A DNA stretch of 54,487 nt from Catajapyx aquilonaris (taxonomy: Eukaryota). The stretch lies in the NCBI GenBank assembly GCA_000934665.2, contig JYFJ02002574.1:1-54487 (forward strand), in the 5' to 3' direction. This document shows positions 36,022 to 47,276 of the stretch, one piece after another (position 1 is the stretch's first letter; the number at the start of each line of letters is the position of its first letter). A program made the position numbers and the translations under genes. The notes beneath the pieces are model-generated. The model was not told where the DNA came from, did not search any database, and saw only the letters and a list, made by a program, of their open reading frames with translations.

Positions 36022-37148
36022 TGTGTATCCGCACCTTAACAATGCGGTTGGGGTTGGCCGGGCGGTGTCCTCCTGACGGTTGGCAATGGTGCGTCGCAAA
36101 CATTAAGGTGCCTTGACACTGCTGCCAAATTCGAATGCCTTCACGGTTGCTTTATCATGGTTGCTATGTCTTGGTGGGTCGCACGTCTTGACGGAGTGTG
36201 TTTGAGTAGGTCGCCAGGTCTTGAGGGAGTGTGTTCATGACCAACTACTGACATGAACACCTGGAAATTTTTCTCCATGTGCCAAGGAGGCTTATGTCAA
36301 GTATACGGCCAATTCGCTGAATCAATTAGGAAACAGTACCTTCGGAAGATTTTGAGGTGATTATTAGGATGGAATAGCCCTTTGTGTTAATGAGCGATGC
36401 TTTGTTTCTGCAACCGTACTGTCCATTGCTGTGGCCCTGCCAGGCACAATACGTCGCTTGTGCGTGATATTTTTAGTTTTGCGGAGCGAGAGCGGAGCTG
36501 GGCGCTTATTGTGTGGTTTGTATATGCCTACAATGCTGTCCTCATTGTGTGCCGCAGGCCAACGAATGTTACTGTGGCTTTGCCAAGTGCGAAATTTACC
36601 TTCACACAGTACGTCAAATCAACGAACTATATGACATCACGATCCACCCACTTCCACCAGGCTCTCCCCTCCAATCATGTCCATGACTCACTCTACAGAC
36701 ATACTACTGCACATGCTCAGAAAACACGGCTGGTGTTACATCATGCTGTTCTTTGGATTAACAAACTGCAGTAACCCTCATGGCGTTCAAATTTGCCACC
36801 TCCTTCCTTATGACCGTGGTCCAACACTCATCTGATCAGTTCGCATGGCGGGGGTAAGAAGACGCCCTTTGTTGTGCTCTCCCGGCAAGCGATAAGGCCA
36901 TTTCACAAAAAAAAAAACGGGCGGCAAACGGCGCACGTTGCGGCATATTTATTATTTATATTTATTATTGCCAACAATTAATAATAATTGGCGGGGCAGG
37001 CGTTTGCCGCTTGACGCTGCCGCAAAATCTTTTTGTGTTTTGGCCTATAGCTTGCGCCGCGTAGCCAACATGTTTGGAGCCCACCCCGTCGCCCCAACCC
37101 CGCTGTGTCGCTAGGTGAGGATAAACGATAGACTTTCCGATTTTTAAA
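36022..37148. mobile_element. Non-autonomous element; long version of the 46655-46894 element in the opposite orientation
   Basis: Both ends (TATCCGCACCTTAACAA..CGG..GGGGTTGG and GTAGCCAACATGTTTGGAG...GTCGCTAGGTG.GGATAAACGATAG) match 46655-46894 in reverse complement. Confidence 0.7.
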
Positions 37149-37151
37149 ATA

Positions 37152-37731
37152 CAGGGTGGTCGGTAAATGGCGGACAAGCTTCAGGTAGCGAGATTCCTTG
37201 TGAAAAATCAGTATCTGCAAGTGAAGGTCATATTGCTCTATGATGCCTGGTTAGGGGTGACGAGGCCTCCAAAGTTTGGGCCAAATCATGACGTCACATC
37301 CGCCCGCGAAATTCAAACACTACCGTATCGCTACCGTGCGCAGCATGTTGCTAGGCGTTGCCATGTTGACATCCCCCACATGTTCACCAAACAATGGAAC
37401 CGTATAAACTGGCTGGGACATTGCCAGGCATTGCCATACCGTCATCGCCGAGTTCCTGGCAACGTCCTGGCGAGTTTATACAGTTCCATTGTTTGGTGAA
37501 CATGTGGGGGATGTCAACATGGCAACGCCTAGCAACATGCTGCGCACGGTAGCGATACGGTAGTGTTTGAATTTCGCGGGCGGATGTGACGTCATGATTT
37601 GGCCCAAACTTTGGAGGCCTCGTCAGCCCTAACCAGGCATCATAGAGCAATATGACCTTCACTTGCAGATACTGGTTTTTCACAAGGAATCTCACTACCT
37701 GAAGCTTGTGCGCCATTTACCGACCACCCTG
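37152..37731. mobile_element. 580 bp almost fully palindromic Tc1/mariner-type MITE
   Basis: TA|CAGGGTGGTCGGTAAATGGCG ... CGCCATTTACCGACCACCCTG|TA; mirror ORFs 37167-37499(+) and 37384-37716(-). Confidence 0.92.
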
Positions 37732-37756
37732 TATACTGTAATAATGCGAACAGGTA

Positions 37757-37969
37757 CACTGTAAACCACAAAACATTAAAAGAGCATCACTGGTGAGTCT
37801 TTCATGGAACATCAATTTTTAATGCGCTTATAATGCTCCTGTGATGCTTTTTTGTTGATAAAAAGGAGCATCAGAAGAGCATTAACAGAGCATTTGAAGA
37901 GCATTAAAAATTGATGTTCCATGAGAGACTCTCCAGAGATGCTCTTTTAATGTTTTGCGGTTTATAGTG
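37757..37969. mobile_element. Palindromic MITE with TA flanks
   Basis: TA|CACTGTAAACCACAAAACATTAAAAGAGCATC ... GATGCTCTTTTAATGTTTTGCGGTTTATAGTG|TA; internal AGAGCAT reiterations. Confidence 0.85.
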
Positions 37970-38843
37970 TACAGAAAACCATGTTGCAAGATCCAAAATG
38001 TGAGGTGTCCATGTTGATATTTCTCAAGAATGTAAAAGTCAACAGTGATGTTCACGTGCCTAGTTTTCTATTGCTGATTACGACCTACATATTTCTATAG
38101 GAAAGATCACCCAAACGCAACAGGTCTTTTGGGTAGGAGGCCAGTCCTATCCTCTCATTTTTTTTATTTATTTTTTTTTGTTTCTATCTCCATCTGTCCC
38201 ACCTTTGTATCTTCTAATAGCCACGCAGCCATAGTTGTTTTGGCTCTTTCCTACTCAAAAATGCTTCATCATAAGCAGTGAAAACTCGATTTTCATTCCT
38301 GGAAGTACATTACATCAGATCCCGATCCAGCACTGAATTCGTAGGGTACAGAAACAAATTTCTATTTAATATAGGTTCCCATATTTAACATTTTCCCATA
38401 TCCATCAATTTTTTCCAGAGGTCCCAAATAAACCTTGAATGGAAATTTCACTGTCAATTGACAGTGTACATAATTATATTATATTCCGTTTACTGTTAGA
38501 TAACTTTTTTTGCAGAAATGTGACTTGCGAAAAAATATTGAAAATTCTAAAGTATGTACTTTGAATTACTTACAATAGTATTAGTTACATTGGGCGAGGG
38601 CCTTCGGAAGCCTTCCTACCACTTTTTGGCCATGATCATGTGCTTTATCTAGTGCGGATGGGGGATTGGGGAGGTAAGGGGAATTGGCCGCAGCTGACCT
38701 GGATGGTGGGCGGGTGAGATTTTGGGAGGTGATGGAGGGGGGCCTTATCTTGCAAATGCAAGGTCATGGATCTGCCAACTAATATAGCCATGTGTTGCAT
38801 AATTCTGGGCTCGTGGCCTTGGAAGGTATTTTAAAAAATATAA

Positions 38844-39011
38844 AGGTGGGTTTACATGTGAGCAATTTGATTGCACAATGTCATCCAATTGTTTGAGGTG
38901 AAAGCAACAATCGATTTTCGCCTCAAACAATACTGGTTACTTTGGTTACGCAGCAATGTTACCACTGGCGATGACATCATGCCATCAAATCGCTCACGTG
39001 TAAACACACCT
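38844..39011. mobile_element. PIF/Harbinger (Tourist-like) MITE
   Basis: TAA|AGGTGGGTTTACATGTGAGCAATTTGAT ... ATCAAATCGCTCACGTGTAAACACACCT|TAA. Confidence 0.8.
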
Positions 39012-39915
39012 TAATTTTGAAAGCGAACCTTGTTATCGATGTTTCATTGAGTGTTGCTAACCAGGAAATACTGTCGTTGATGCCTCAAATTTTGTCCTTG
39101 CAACAGGGCATGTGTACTTTTTCAATTATTTTTAAAAACCAAACTGGAACCTCTCCACCCATGCACTTTCCATGCGTTTGATGAACTTAAGTGTCCGGGC
39201 CTTCACTTGGATTATTATCGTTGGCAGGAAGCAGCTATCAGACAGTACCCACAAGCACCAGCTGGTGTGCACCATGGCAGTGTCGCACCCGCAGCCTCGT
39301 TCCATAAGGATTTTCAGGCTGTCTCTCTACCACTGTGGAGACGACAGCCGAGACGACGCATGTCGGCCAACCTGGGGTCATGGAATGCATCAGTGCAAGT
39401 GCCAGTACAAGCTAGATCATCCACAAGTAAAAGATGATGTATTTCAGGTACCAAACAGCTTACCAGACATGCACAACTCATGGCATAAAAATACAGGTCA
39501 AAAGTAGTTCTTATGTCTAAAGTCCCGGCACCTCACGCAAACCCTTCAAAGTACGAATTTACGGGTCATCAGGACGCTCCTCCGGTCAGCCTCCGTGCTC
39601 CTCTGACCTCTTGTGTCATGCATGTGCCCTCAAGTCCATTAATTTCAGACCAGAAGTCGCACGAATCCCAGGGGGAAAAAAAAAGAACTGAAAATACTTG
39701 AGAAGAAAAATTCTGGCTCCATCTTGAGCAAATCTGCGCATGCGCTGGAATATCGATATTAAGAGATGTATCGATATTTTTGAATCGGAGCGCGCGCCGC
39801 CTCCGTTTCGTTATTTAATAATTATAATAATAATTATAATTATAATTATAATTAATGAATCTAGCACATTCTCATGGATACGATGTCGCTTATTGGATTT
39901 GGTGTTTACATCGGA

Positions 39916-39993
<78 letters not shown>
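39916..39993. repeat. (ATT)n microsatellite
   Basis: Perfect trinucleotide run. Confidence 0.98.
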
Positions 39994-39995
<2 letters not shown>

Positions 39996-40210
39996 AATCC
40001 CGGGGCCGGCGACCCTGACCATGGTTTTCTGTGGTTTTCCATGGTCCCCTCCAGGATAATTCCGGGGTCGTTTCCGTAAAAATAGGCCACAGCCGCTTCC
40101 TTCCTTCCCTATCCCTGGCCTCATCCAATGGTGGTAATCCACCCCACTAAGGGAGCCAAAGGCTCTAGCACGGGGTATGATAAAATAAAATAATAAATAA
40201 TAAATAAATA
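39996..40210 (+). mobile_element. 5'-truncated insect SINE (Lm1-like body) with A-rich tail
   Basis: GGTTTTCTGTGGTTTTCC...CCAGG.TAATTCCGGG...AGGCCACAGCCGCTTCCTTCC resembles the core of polyneopteran SINEs as I recall it; (AAT/AAAT)n tail. Confidence 0.7.
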
Positions 40211-40227
40211 ATTATTATTATTATTAT

Positions 40228-40246
40228 TAGTAGTAGTAGTAGTAGC

Positions 40247-40318
<72 letters not shown>
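40228..40318. repeat. (AGT)n microsatellite
   Basis: Near-perfect trinucleotide run. Confidence 0.98.
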
Positions 40319-41084
40319 TAAACACTCTGAAAAAAAATCTTTCTCTGCGTCCATTGCTAGTATTATTGTCTACTCACTTTCTACAGAGCATGTCACACAT
40401 GGATGCTTCTTTAAATGGTGAGAACTGTTACGTGAAGCTGAAAAGTCTCGTTGCGTTGTTTTTTATTGCCCTACTTAAGAACAGCTTTTTCATTCATCAC
40501 CGAAAAATTGGCTTGGTTTATTAACTCCCTTTTGTGATTATTTAGAGAGAGAAATTGCCTGCTATTTTAAAAGTCCAATAAACGTATACGGTAAAATGCA
40601 ATCACATCTAAAATATTTCGTGCTTTTAAAGTGCAAATTAGTGAAAAACATGCTTTTAAGAGACGTACATGATAATTATGATGGGAATAATGATTCTACC
40701 TAATCGAAGGTTTGGCATCATTTCAAGGTTTCCAAAGGGAAGAAAATCTCAAGGAATAAGGTTCAAAATATTTTATTACAGGTACAGTACTAAAACATTT
40801 TATGTTGTTTTTTTGTAGGCACGATGACATTAAATTGTTAAATGATAAATTACTTGTGCTAAAATATTTGTCAGCTAATACGACGACTGTTTTCCCTATA
40901 AGCTGTTTATTTTTAGCTGTGACTATTGCAGTTACTCCGAAAGTAAATTAGTTTGGCAATTATTTTGGGTCACCTTGTATATTCCTAACTAGTAGAAATA
41001 GGTTGCTAGTAGAACAAAACCTGCCCTATCTTATTACCACACTACTAATTAGTGAATTAATAAAGAAGAAATCTGTAGTAAAAT

Positions 41085-41228
41085 GTACTATCGGGTTCAA
41101 ATACTTTTTTGGCCACTTTATCCTGGTCTTGAACACACACTCACCTCCTTAACGTGGGGTCTGTGCGAAGGGTTGCTTCAAGATCAGGATAAAGTGTCCA
41201 AAAGTACTTATTTAAACCCGATAGTACC
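41085..41228. mobile_element. Small MITE
   Basis: GTACTATCGGGTTCAAATA...CACTTTATCCTG versus CAGGATAAAGTG...TATTTAAACCCGATAGTAC. Confidence 0.75.
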
Positions 41229-41650
41229 TTAGTACATTTTCATTTCTGATGTGAACTTGCTGCGTAGAAATTGCTGGACACTATCGTAATTATATTTTAG
41301 TCGTACTACAGCTCAAAACTGGTTTGTTTTGCAATCTATACTTTAAAAAAAATTCTCGTGTGTTTTCCTGACGTGTGCATGTGATAGACTTGGGGAAAAA
41401 TCACTGTACACTGACAACTTCACGTGTGTAACGTTTCAGAGTCACAATAATTACAGCTGACGCAGTGTGAATAAAGTAATATATTCACGATAGTTACTAT
41501 AATTTGGCATCGTATCATACGCTGCCAAATTAGCCACCATCATGAATTACTTTATTCACAATAGTATTAGCAATCCTTAAATCTAAGTAGGTCTACCACA
41601 TTTTTAATCTCACTTATATACTATAGTATATCATATGTGAATTATTTAAT

Positions 41651-42367
41651 GAGTGCAACCGAGTGCGCACTACAGTTCGCGCAAAGTGTACGGTTGGCAT
41701 TATCAATGATAGCTGGTAAGCCCCTTGTATAGTGGTACTGGGCTACACTTATTTCCAACGCTACGGTTGGAGCGGAACAAAATTGCCGACTTTTGCGACG
41801 TTGCTAAGGCTCTGATGGAACGAACCTCAGACTACATAAGAGGCGCAAACATACGATTCGCGCGTCTCTCTGTTTGGGCCGTTGCTAAGGCTGGCGGCCA
41901 TTTTGAAACGGGGGCAACGCCAACGAGGTATAAATAGGGTACAGGCAGCCGTAAAGGTCCGCCATATTTGATGGATTTGGCTGCCATGGCAATACACGGC
42001 AAGAACACGCGCGAATTTGAATATTTTTGCCGTACTTACGGAATAATACGTGGATAAGTGCAAGGAGCTCATACGGCAAAAATATTCAAATTCGCGAGCG
42101 TTCTTGCTGTGAAGTGCCATGGCCGCCAAAACCATCAAAGATGGCGGACCTTTACGGCTGCCTGTACCCTATTTATACCTCGTTGGCGTTTCCCCCGTTT
42201 CAAAATGGCCGCCAGCCTTGACAATGGCCCCAAACAGAGAGACGCGCGAATCGAATGCTTGCGCCTCTTATATCCTCCCTGCCTCAGACATCTGGGGAGT
42301 AACCGTGGCAACATTGTTGTCATAACAATGCAGCTGTGCGAGTGTGAGTGCGCACTCGATTGTGCTC
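41651..42367. mobile_element. MITE with GAGTGCAACCGAGTGCGCAC ends and a large internal palindrome
   Basis: Terminal inverted motif; internal inverted arms ~41838-42040 versus ~42070-42270; related copy at 52848-53443. Confidence 0.85.
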
Positions 42368-42999
42368 GTAAAAAAAATATTTTCAAATATAAATTTTGTG
42401 CACTTGTTAGTGTTTTCAGTGTACTAGTCACTGCACAGATTTATATAACTAATAACTAGTCTATAGGTGACTGTAGAATTTCAAGGTCCGATGTAATGCT
42501 GAAAAATTGCTATTCCTTCGTAAACCCTCCGATCATGAATGAACCTCGTGAAACTTCAAGGTCTCGCAAATCCAGTTTCTTCTGATCGCATGACAGTGTG
42601 ACAGGAATCAGTATCTGACCCCTCCTACAAAGGAATGATCACCACTAACCAAACACACAAATTTCGATGTTTCTTACGTGTAATTTGCGCACATACTGAA
42701 GGCCACCATCTCGTTTTTCGAAGGTGACCCCCCGACAGGTCATAGGGAGTAGTCAGCCTTGTGAACTGGTCGAGGAAGGAGAGTTGCTTTGCTTTGTTGG
42801 AAAGCGCTCAAAGGTGGTTGGGATAGGTCCGGGATCAGGTCTGACTTCCAGTCAGGGAAGATACGGTGTGTATGAGAAAGCTAGGTATGTACCGGTTTGG
42901 TGATTTTTGTATGAGCAAATGTGACTGCAGGTGTTAGGAACCTGGCAGATGTTTAATTTAATTTTTTTATGCAGATAAAAACCATTTTTTGAGTCACAT

Positions 43000-44412
43000 A
43001 TTGTTTACCAATATTATGTAATTTTTATAAAATTGTCTTAACATTTTAATCTCGTATTCATTATGAATCTTACATTAATCTCACATCTAATATCTAACAT
43101 TAATTTAATGGCCATACCGGTATAAGCCCTACATAATGCCAATTGTAACACCCTATTTCAGGGCTGCCACATTGTTCAATTAGCAGGTTTTATTAAATAA
43201 GTTTAAATGAGTAATATCCTACTTTAAAAATTGCTCATCACCAACTATTGTCTTAATGAAATTAAATTTTTGGAAGGTTCCTAGTGCCTTTTGTTGTCAT
43301 TTCAAATCGAAAAAGTTGCAAATTATAAACTTTCTAGCCCAGGTTTTCACTATTCAAACAACATGTACTGTATTTAAAATCTAAGTTTCACTTTCTCACC
43401 TAATGGTGTTAGGAACAACTTCCACTGAAATTATTGCAGGCCGCAGTTAAACCAATTCTGTCAGTTGCTGTCATTGCACTTGAACTGTACCGGCTTAGCT
43501 TATTTGCACAATAATAAATCTTAAAATTAATAATAGCTAATTAATTTACAAATGCTAAAAATTTTAGGCTGATCATTGTTCGTCATTATTCGTGAAATAT
43601 TGTAAGCAATAAATTAATTAACACTTTTCTGAAGTAAAAAGAGGTGCATTAACCTGTCATAAAATAATTACTAGAAACAAATGAGCGAAGCATTCTGGCC
43701 TATATAAAACGGCTTCTCTAAACCATTGGTCATTCTTTCTGAAGTCATTCGGAACTAAACATCTTAGCATCAATGTTGCAAGCAACATACTCATCAGAAC
43801 AAGCAATATAATGTGCAAATATCAGGTTGAAGGTCTGTGAAGGAAGGTTAAATCGACATGTTATCAACTATGAAATCAAGTGTTGCTGTTGTCCTTCGGG
43901 AGGTCCCGTTCTTTACCTTACTTTTACCATATTCCATACGCAGTGTTCAAGTTCACTATCAAGCACATTGGCACTTGGCAATATAGCCACACTTTTATTC
44001 CGAGAACAAAATGCGACCTAATAATAATGATCGCAAAATAGCAGTTTGATTGCTGTAATTTGGCACTTGCTTGCCCTTGAATCATGTAACCTTTTACTGC
44101 CCTTCTTGTAACCTTCGATGCAGACCAACCTTCGATACCGACTGTCTCATGCTGACCAGCTATTAATTTTGTATCCTTGTCAAAAATGAGGTCAAAATGT
44201 TCGACTTTTACAGGTATCTTTAGGTAACTCCTTCCGTCACTGATTATTACATACGGGTTTTTTGTCTTCTTGTACTCAAGGTTCAGTATATGTTCCTTTT
44301 CAAAGCCGCACGTGACTTTCCCGCAGCATATGACCCATATGACGCCATAGGAATTTTGTGACCAAAGGCCAGTCATAGTACTGGAAATAATGTTAGGTTG
44401 ATAGGGACTCAA
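43000..44412 (-). pseudogene. Distantly related decayed secreted/membrane glycoprotein-like ORF with a putative signal peptide
   Basis: ~120 uninterrupted codons (MTGLWSQNSYGVIWVICCGKVTCGFEKEHILNLEY...VGIEGWSASKVTRRAVKGY), then frameshifted Cys-rich continuations (FCDHYY*VAFCSRNKS, FAHYIACSDEYVACN, QFKCNDSN*QNWFNCG, MLDIRCEINV). Confidence 0.4.
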
Positions 44413-46473
44413 TCAGATCTAGCTGGAATAATCTCGTATCCAAACATGTTTTGCTATTAATGACTATAGTTGAGACTCAAATTGCGTCAAATTCTGGAAA
44501 ACGTGATATTAGCAGAGTATTTATAGAGATATTGCCCCATTGATTGAATGCCTTTTGTAGGTATGTTGAACTCTTAGCGTGTAGTAAATTGATGCAAAAA
44601 GGTGCAATATAAAAGGGATCGGTGGTTTATTTTTTTTCCCTCGGGATGCTTTGGTTATTTATATGGGCAATATAATTATACTGTACACGTTCAATGGCGC
44701 AGTAATACAATTTGTTCCTAGTTATTTTAACCACTTAGTTTTACAATTTGGTTCGAATATGTGAGAATATTAGCACCTGTCGTGAAATGAAGGCAAATCG
44801 CTATTCAATATTAAGCTCCACTATTTTTAAAAATAACGTCAATTTGTGAGCAATTCCAGTAAATTTGTGATAGCATATTACGTGACCACATTATTTGAAC
44901 GGTGTAAATTTTTTTTTTTTGAAAAATGGGAAATTTGATAATTTTCCCACCAACCAGGAAAGACTGTTCTATACACGCCTGACAAATTGTCATCCAACAT
45001 TTCCTTGTGGTGAAGAGTATTTTGAAAAATTTGCAGCGAGTGACAGGGCTTATTACACCTGTCTTTTTAAATCATTAATTTTTATCGCCACTGGTTGGCA
45101 CTCACCTATTTAAGCATTGCCTCCAGCCAAGCAAGGATTCTTAGACGTCATGTATATTGGCAATAACAACAAAAATTGTTATTAATCTACTGTGTCATAG
45201 CTAGTCGACGTTGAACAACTAGTTTTCTTCCATGCTCTAATGAAAAATTATTGTATCAAAATGAAGTCATGAAATTCATTAGAGGCGACATATATGTGCA
45301 ATTGGCACCATGTGGATATCATAGCATAATATACGATATATTGTGCATGGTGCACTAATATAGCTAATACAGTTACGTAGAATAGAGGTTCTTATAAAAA
45401 TTCTGTATTCATGCACGAGCTCTGAACAAGTTTGACTTTTACACTAACAACTTTTTACAACCGGAAGACTTACATAATAGTGCAATCATTCATCATAGTT
45501 TTTTTTAAATTCCATCTAGAAATTTCTCACACACTCCACATAATATTTCAACTCCTTACGCATTGTTTTTCAGTGTTTTTTTTGACACGCTTATTGAACA
45601 CCAGCATAATATGGACTCCTTTCATTTTTCTTTTCTTCTCCTGCTATCCAATAGTGGATTACATCGTTACAACGAAAACCGGACCAGGCCTTGATGTCAC
45701 ATGCATGCTACGGGAAAAAGGAGCCAAGGACGCTGTTTTTATTTCGTCGTTTTCGTCACAACAAATCGCCAGTGTAGTAGGATAGCTCGTGCTTTAACAA
45801 GTGTCTTCATCCAGTGGTCACTTGTGCTAAAACTGTACTTAACAAGGGGATTACTCAAGAGGTGGACCAGTGCTGCCCCCAATTTCGATAGTGTGTGAAA
45901 CCGGTTTAGTGTCTTCTGGTGACACGCTTTCTTCCAGGTGAGAACAATCAATCGACATTATTGCTTCACACTCTAATCAAATAGTGGGCATTTATATCAT
46001 TGCCTATGTCCATCAATTTAGCGTCAGTATACTGTAAATGGGCCGGATTAATTTCGCATCAATCATTGGTCCCACGTGGTCCAATGTTATTGTCTAGGTC
46101 AGTTTGTTGCATTTTTCTCGGGATAATTGTATTTAAAAATAATTATGTTCAGATATTAACCTGACACATTTATTTGGTATATATTTCCATAATTTCATAC
46201 GTGGTATTTTGCATCGCCACAGCTTGTTTTATTATTACTGTACTACAGGGTTCGAAATATTCGAATGCAAAGGTGCAATTTGCACTCCAAAATTTGTTCA
46301 GTTATCTGTATTCTAAACTTTCTTGACTTTTTGACACGAATAAACGCAATAGGCATAATTAAAAATTAAGCGCTCCAAGCAAGTAATTTGCACTCCAGGG
46401 AAAGTCTGGAGTGCAACTTTGCACCTGTGCAAATTTTTAAAGATTCCACCTATGTGTACTCTAAAGAATGATG

Positions 46474-46566
46474 GTGGAATTTTCGTCCCACTGCTAGTTA
46501 CTGCTAACTTTAGCAGTACCTGTGTTGGCTAAGTTAGCAGTAACTATAGCAGTGGGACAAAAATTA
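46474..46566. mobile_element. Short palindromic MITE related to 15649-15768
   Basis: GGTGGAATTTTCG start shared with 15649; TCCCACTGCTAGTTACTGCTAAC...GTTAGCAGTAACTATAGCAGTGGGA. Confidence 0.6.
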
Positions 46567-46654
46567 AATCCTTTAGATATTTCACGAAGAGCTAATTGGC
46601 AGCAAGTGTCATTGAATTGCTTTTCTGCAAATTTTTAATGTGGATCAACATCGT

Positions 46655-46894
46655 TGTAAATTTTCGGAAAGCCTATCGTTTATCCGCACCTAGCGACGAG
46701 GCGGGGTTGGGAAGTTGTGGTGGACTCCAAACATGTTGGCTACGTGTTGCAAACAATCGGTTGCCGGGAGAGCACAACAAAGGCCGTAACAAAGGGCGTC
46801 TTGTTATCCAAGGCACCCGATTGTTTGCGACGAAACCGTCGGGAGGCCCCCCGCCCACCCAACCCCGACAGAGTTGTTAAGGTGCGGATAAACA
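46655..46894. mobile_element. Short deletion derivative of the 36022-37148 element, just upstream of ABCH
   Basis: Inverted motif GTTTATCCGCACCT...AGGTGCGGATAAAC; homology to both ends of 36022-37148. Confidence 0.7.
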
Positions 46895-47127
46895 ATAGTT
46901 TATTTCTTTGTGATCATCTTAAAATTTTCTGAAGAATTGAATCAAGAACACTACACTCAACGATAACGTCGTTATCGCTTTGTCGTGTAGACCTAACAAA
47001 GTGGATGACACTACAAAGAGTGGTTCTCCTCGGATGATACCGGTGCATTCCTGATACGTAACCTTCACCCAAACATCTCCAAGGGAAGATATTCTGACAG
47101 ATTCCCTCATTATTACAGCTTGTGGAC

Positions 47128-47276
47128 ATGGCACCAATCACTCCGGAATCACCAGAAGAAAGACACGTACCAGAAGATGTCATCACTTTTCGAAAAGCCT
47201 TCAAATCGTACGGGAGAGGAGACAAAGCTTGTCATGTCTTACAAGATTTCGACATGACAGTGAAGCAGAGTAATGT
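47128..47276 (+). CDS. ABCH: ABCH coding exon 1 ([49 protein letters not shown])
   Basis: ATG at 47128. 'AFKSYG...HVL..FDMTV' is the ABCH NBD start. GTGAGT donor at 47277; phase 2 joins exon 2 to give V-YALLGASG. Confidence 0.85.

Noticed and set aside
37167..37716. Pair of near-identical convergent 110 aa genes
   Set aside because: They are mirror readings of one palindromic MITE.
39170..39420. piggyBac transposase fragment (AF.GLLSLAG-like)
   Set aside because: It needs several frameshifts for a very short match; plausible but unsupported.
39740..40354. Poly-Leu/Ile/Tyr/Asn/Thr ORFs
   Set aside because: They are translations of (ATT)n and (AGT)n microsatellites plus SINE sequence.
41827..42459. 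Cluster of similar short ORFs on both strands
   Set aside because: They come from the internal palindrome of a MITE also present in ABCH intron 8.
43700..43820. TATA box (TATATAAAA) followed by an ATG as a + strand gene promoter
   Set aside because: The ATG opens only 12 codons, and the region reads better as the decayed minus-strand glycoprotein.
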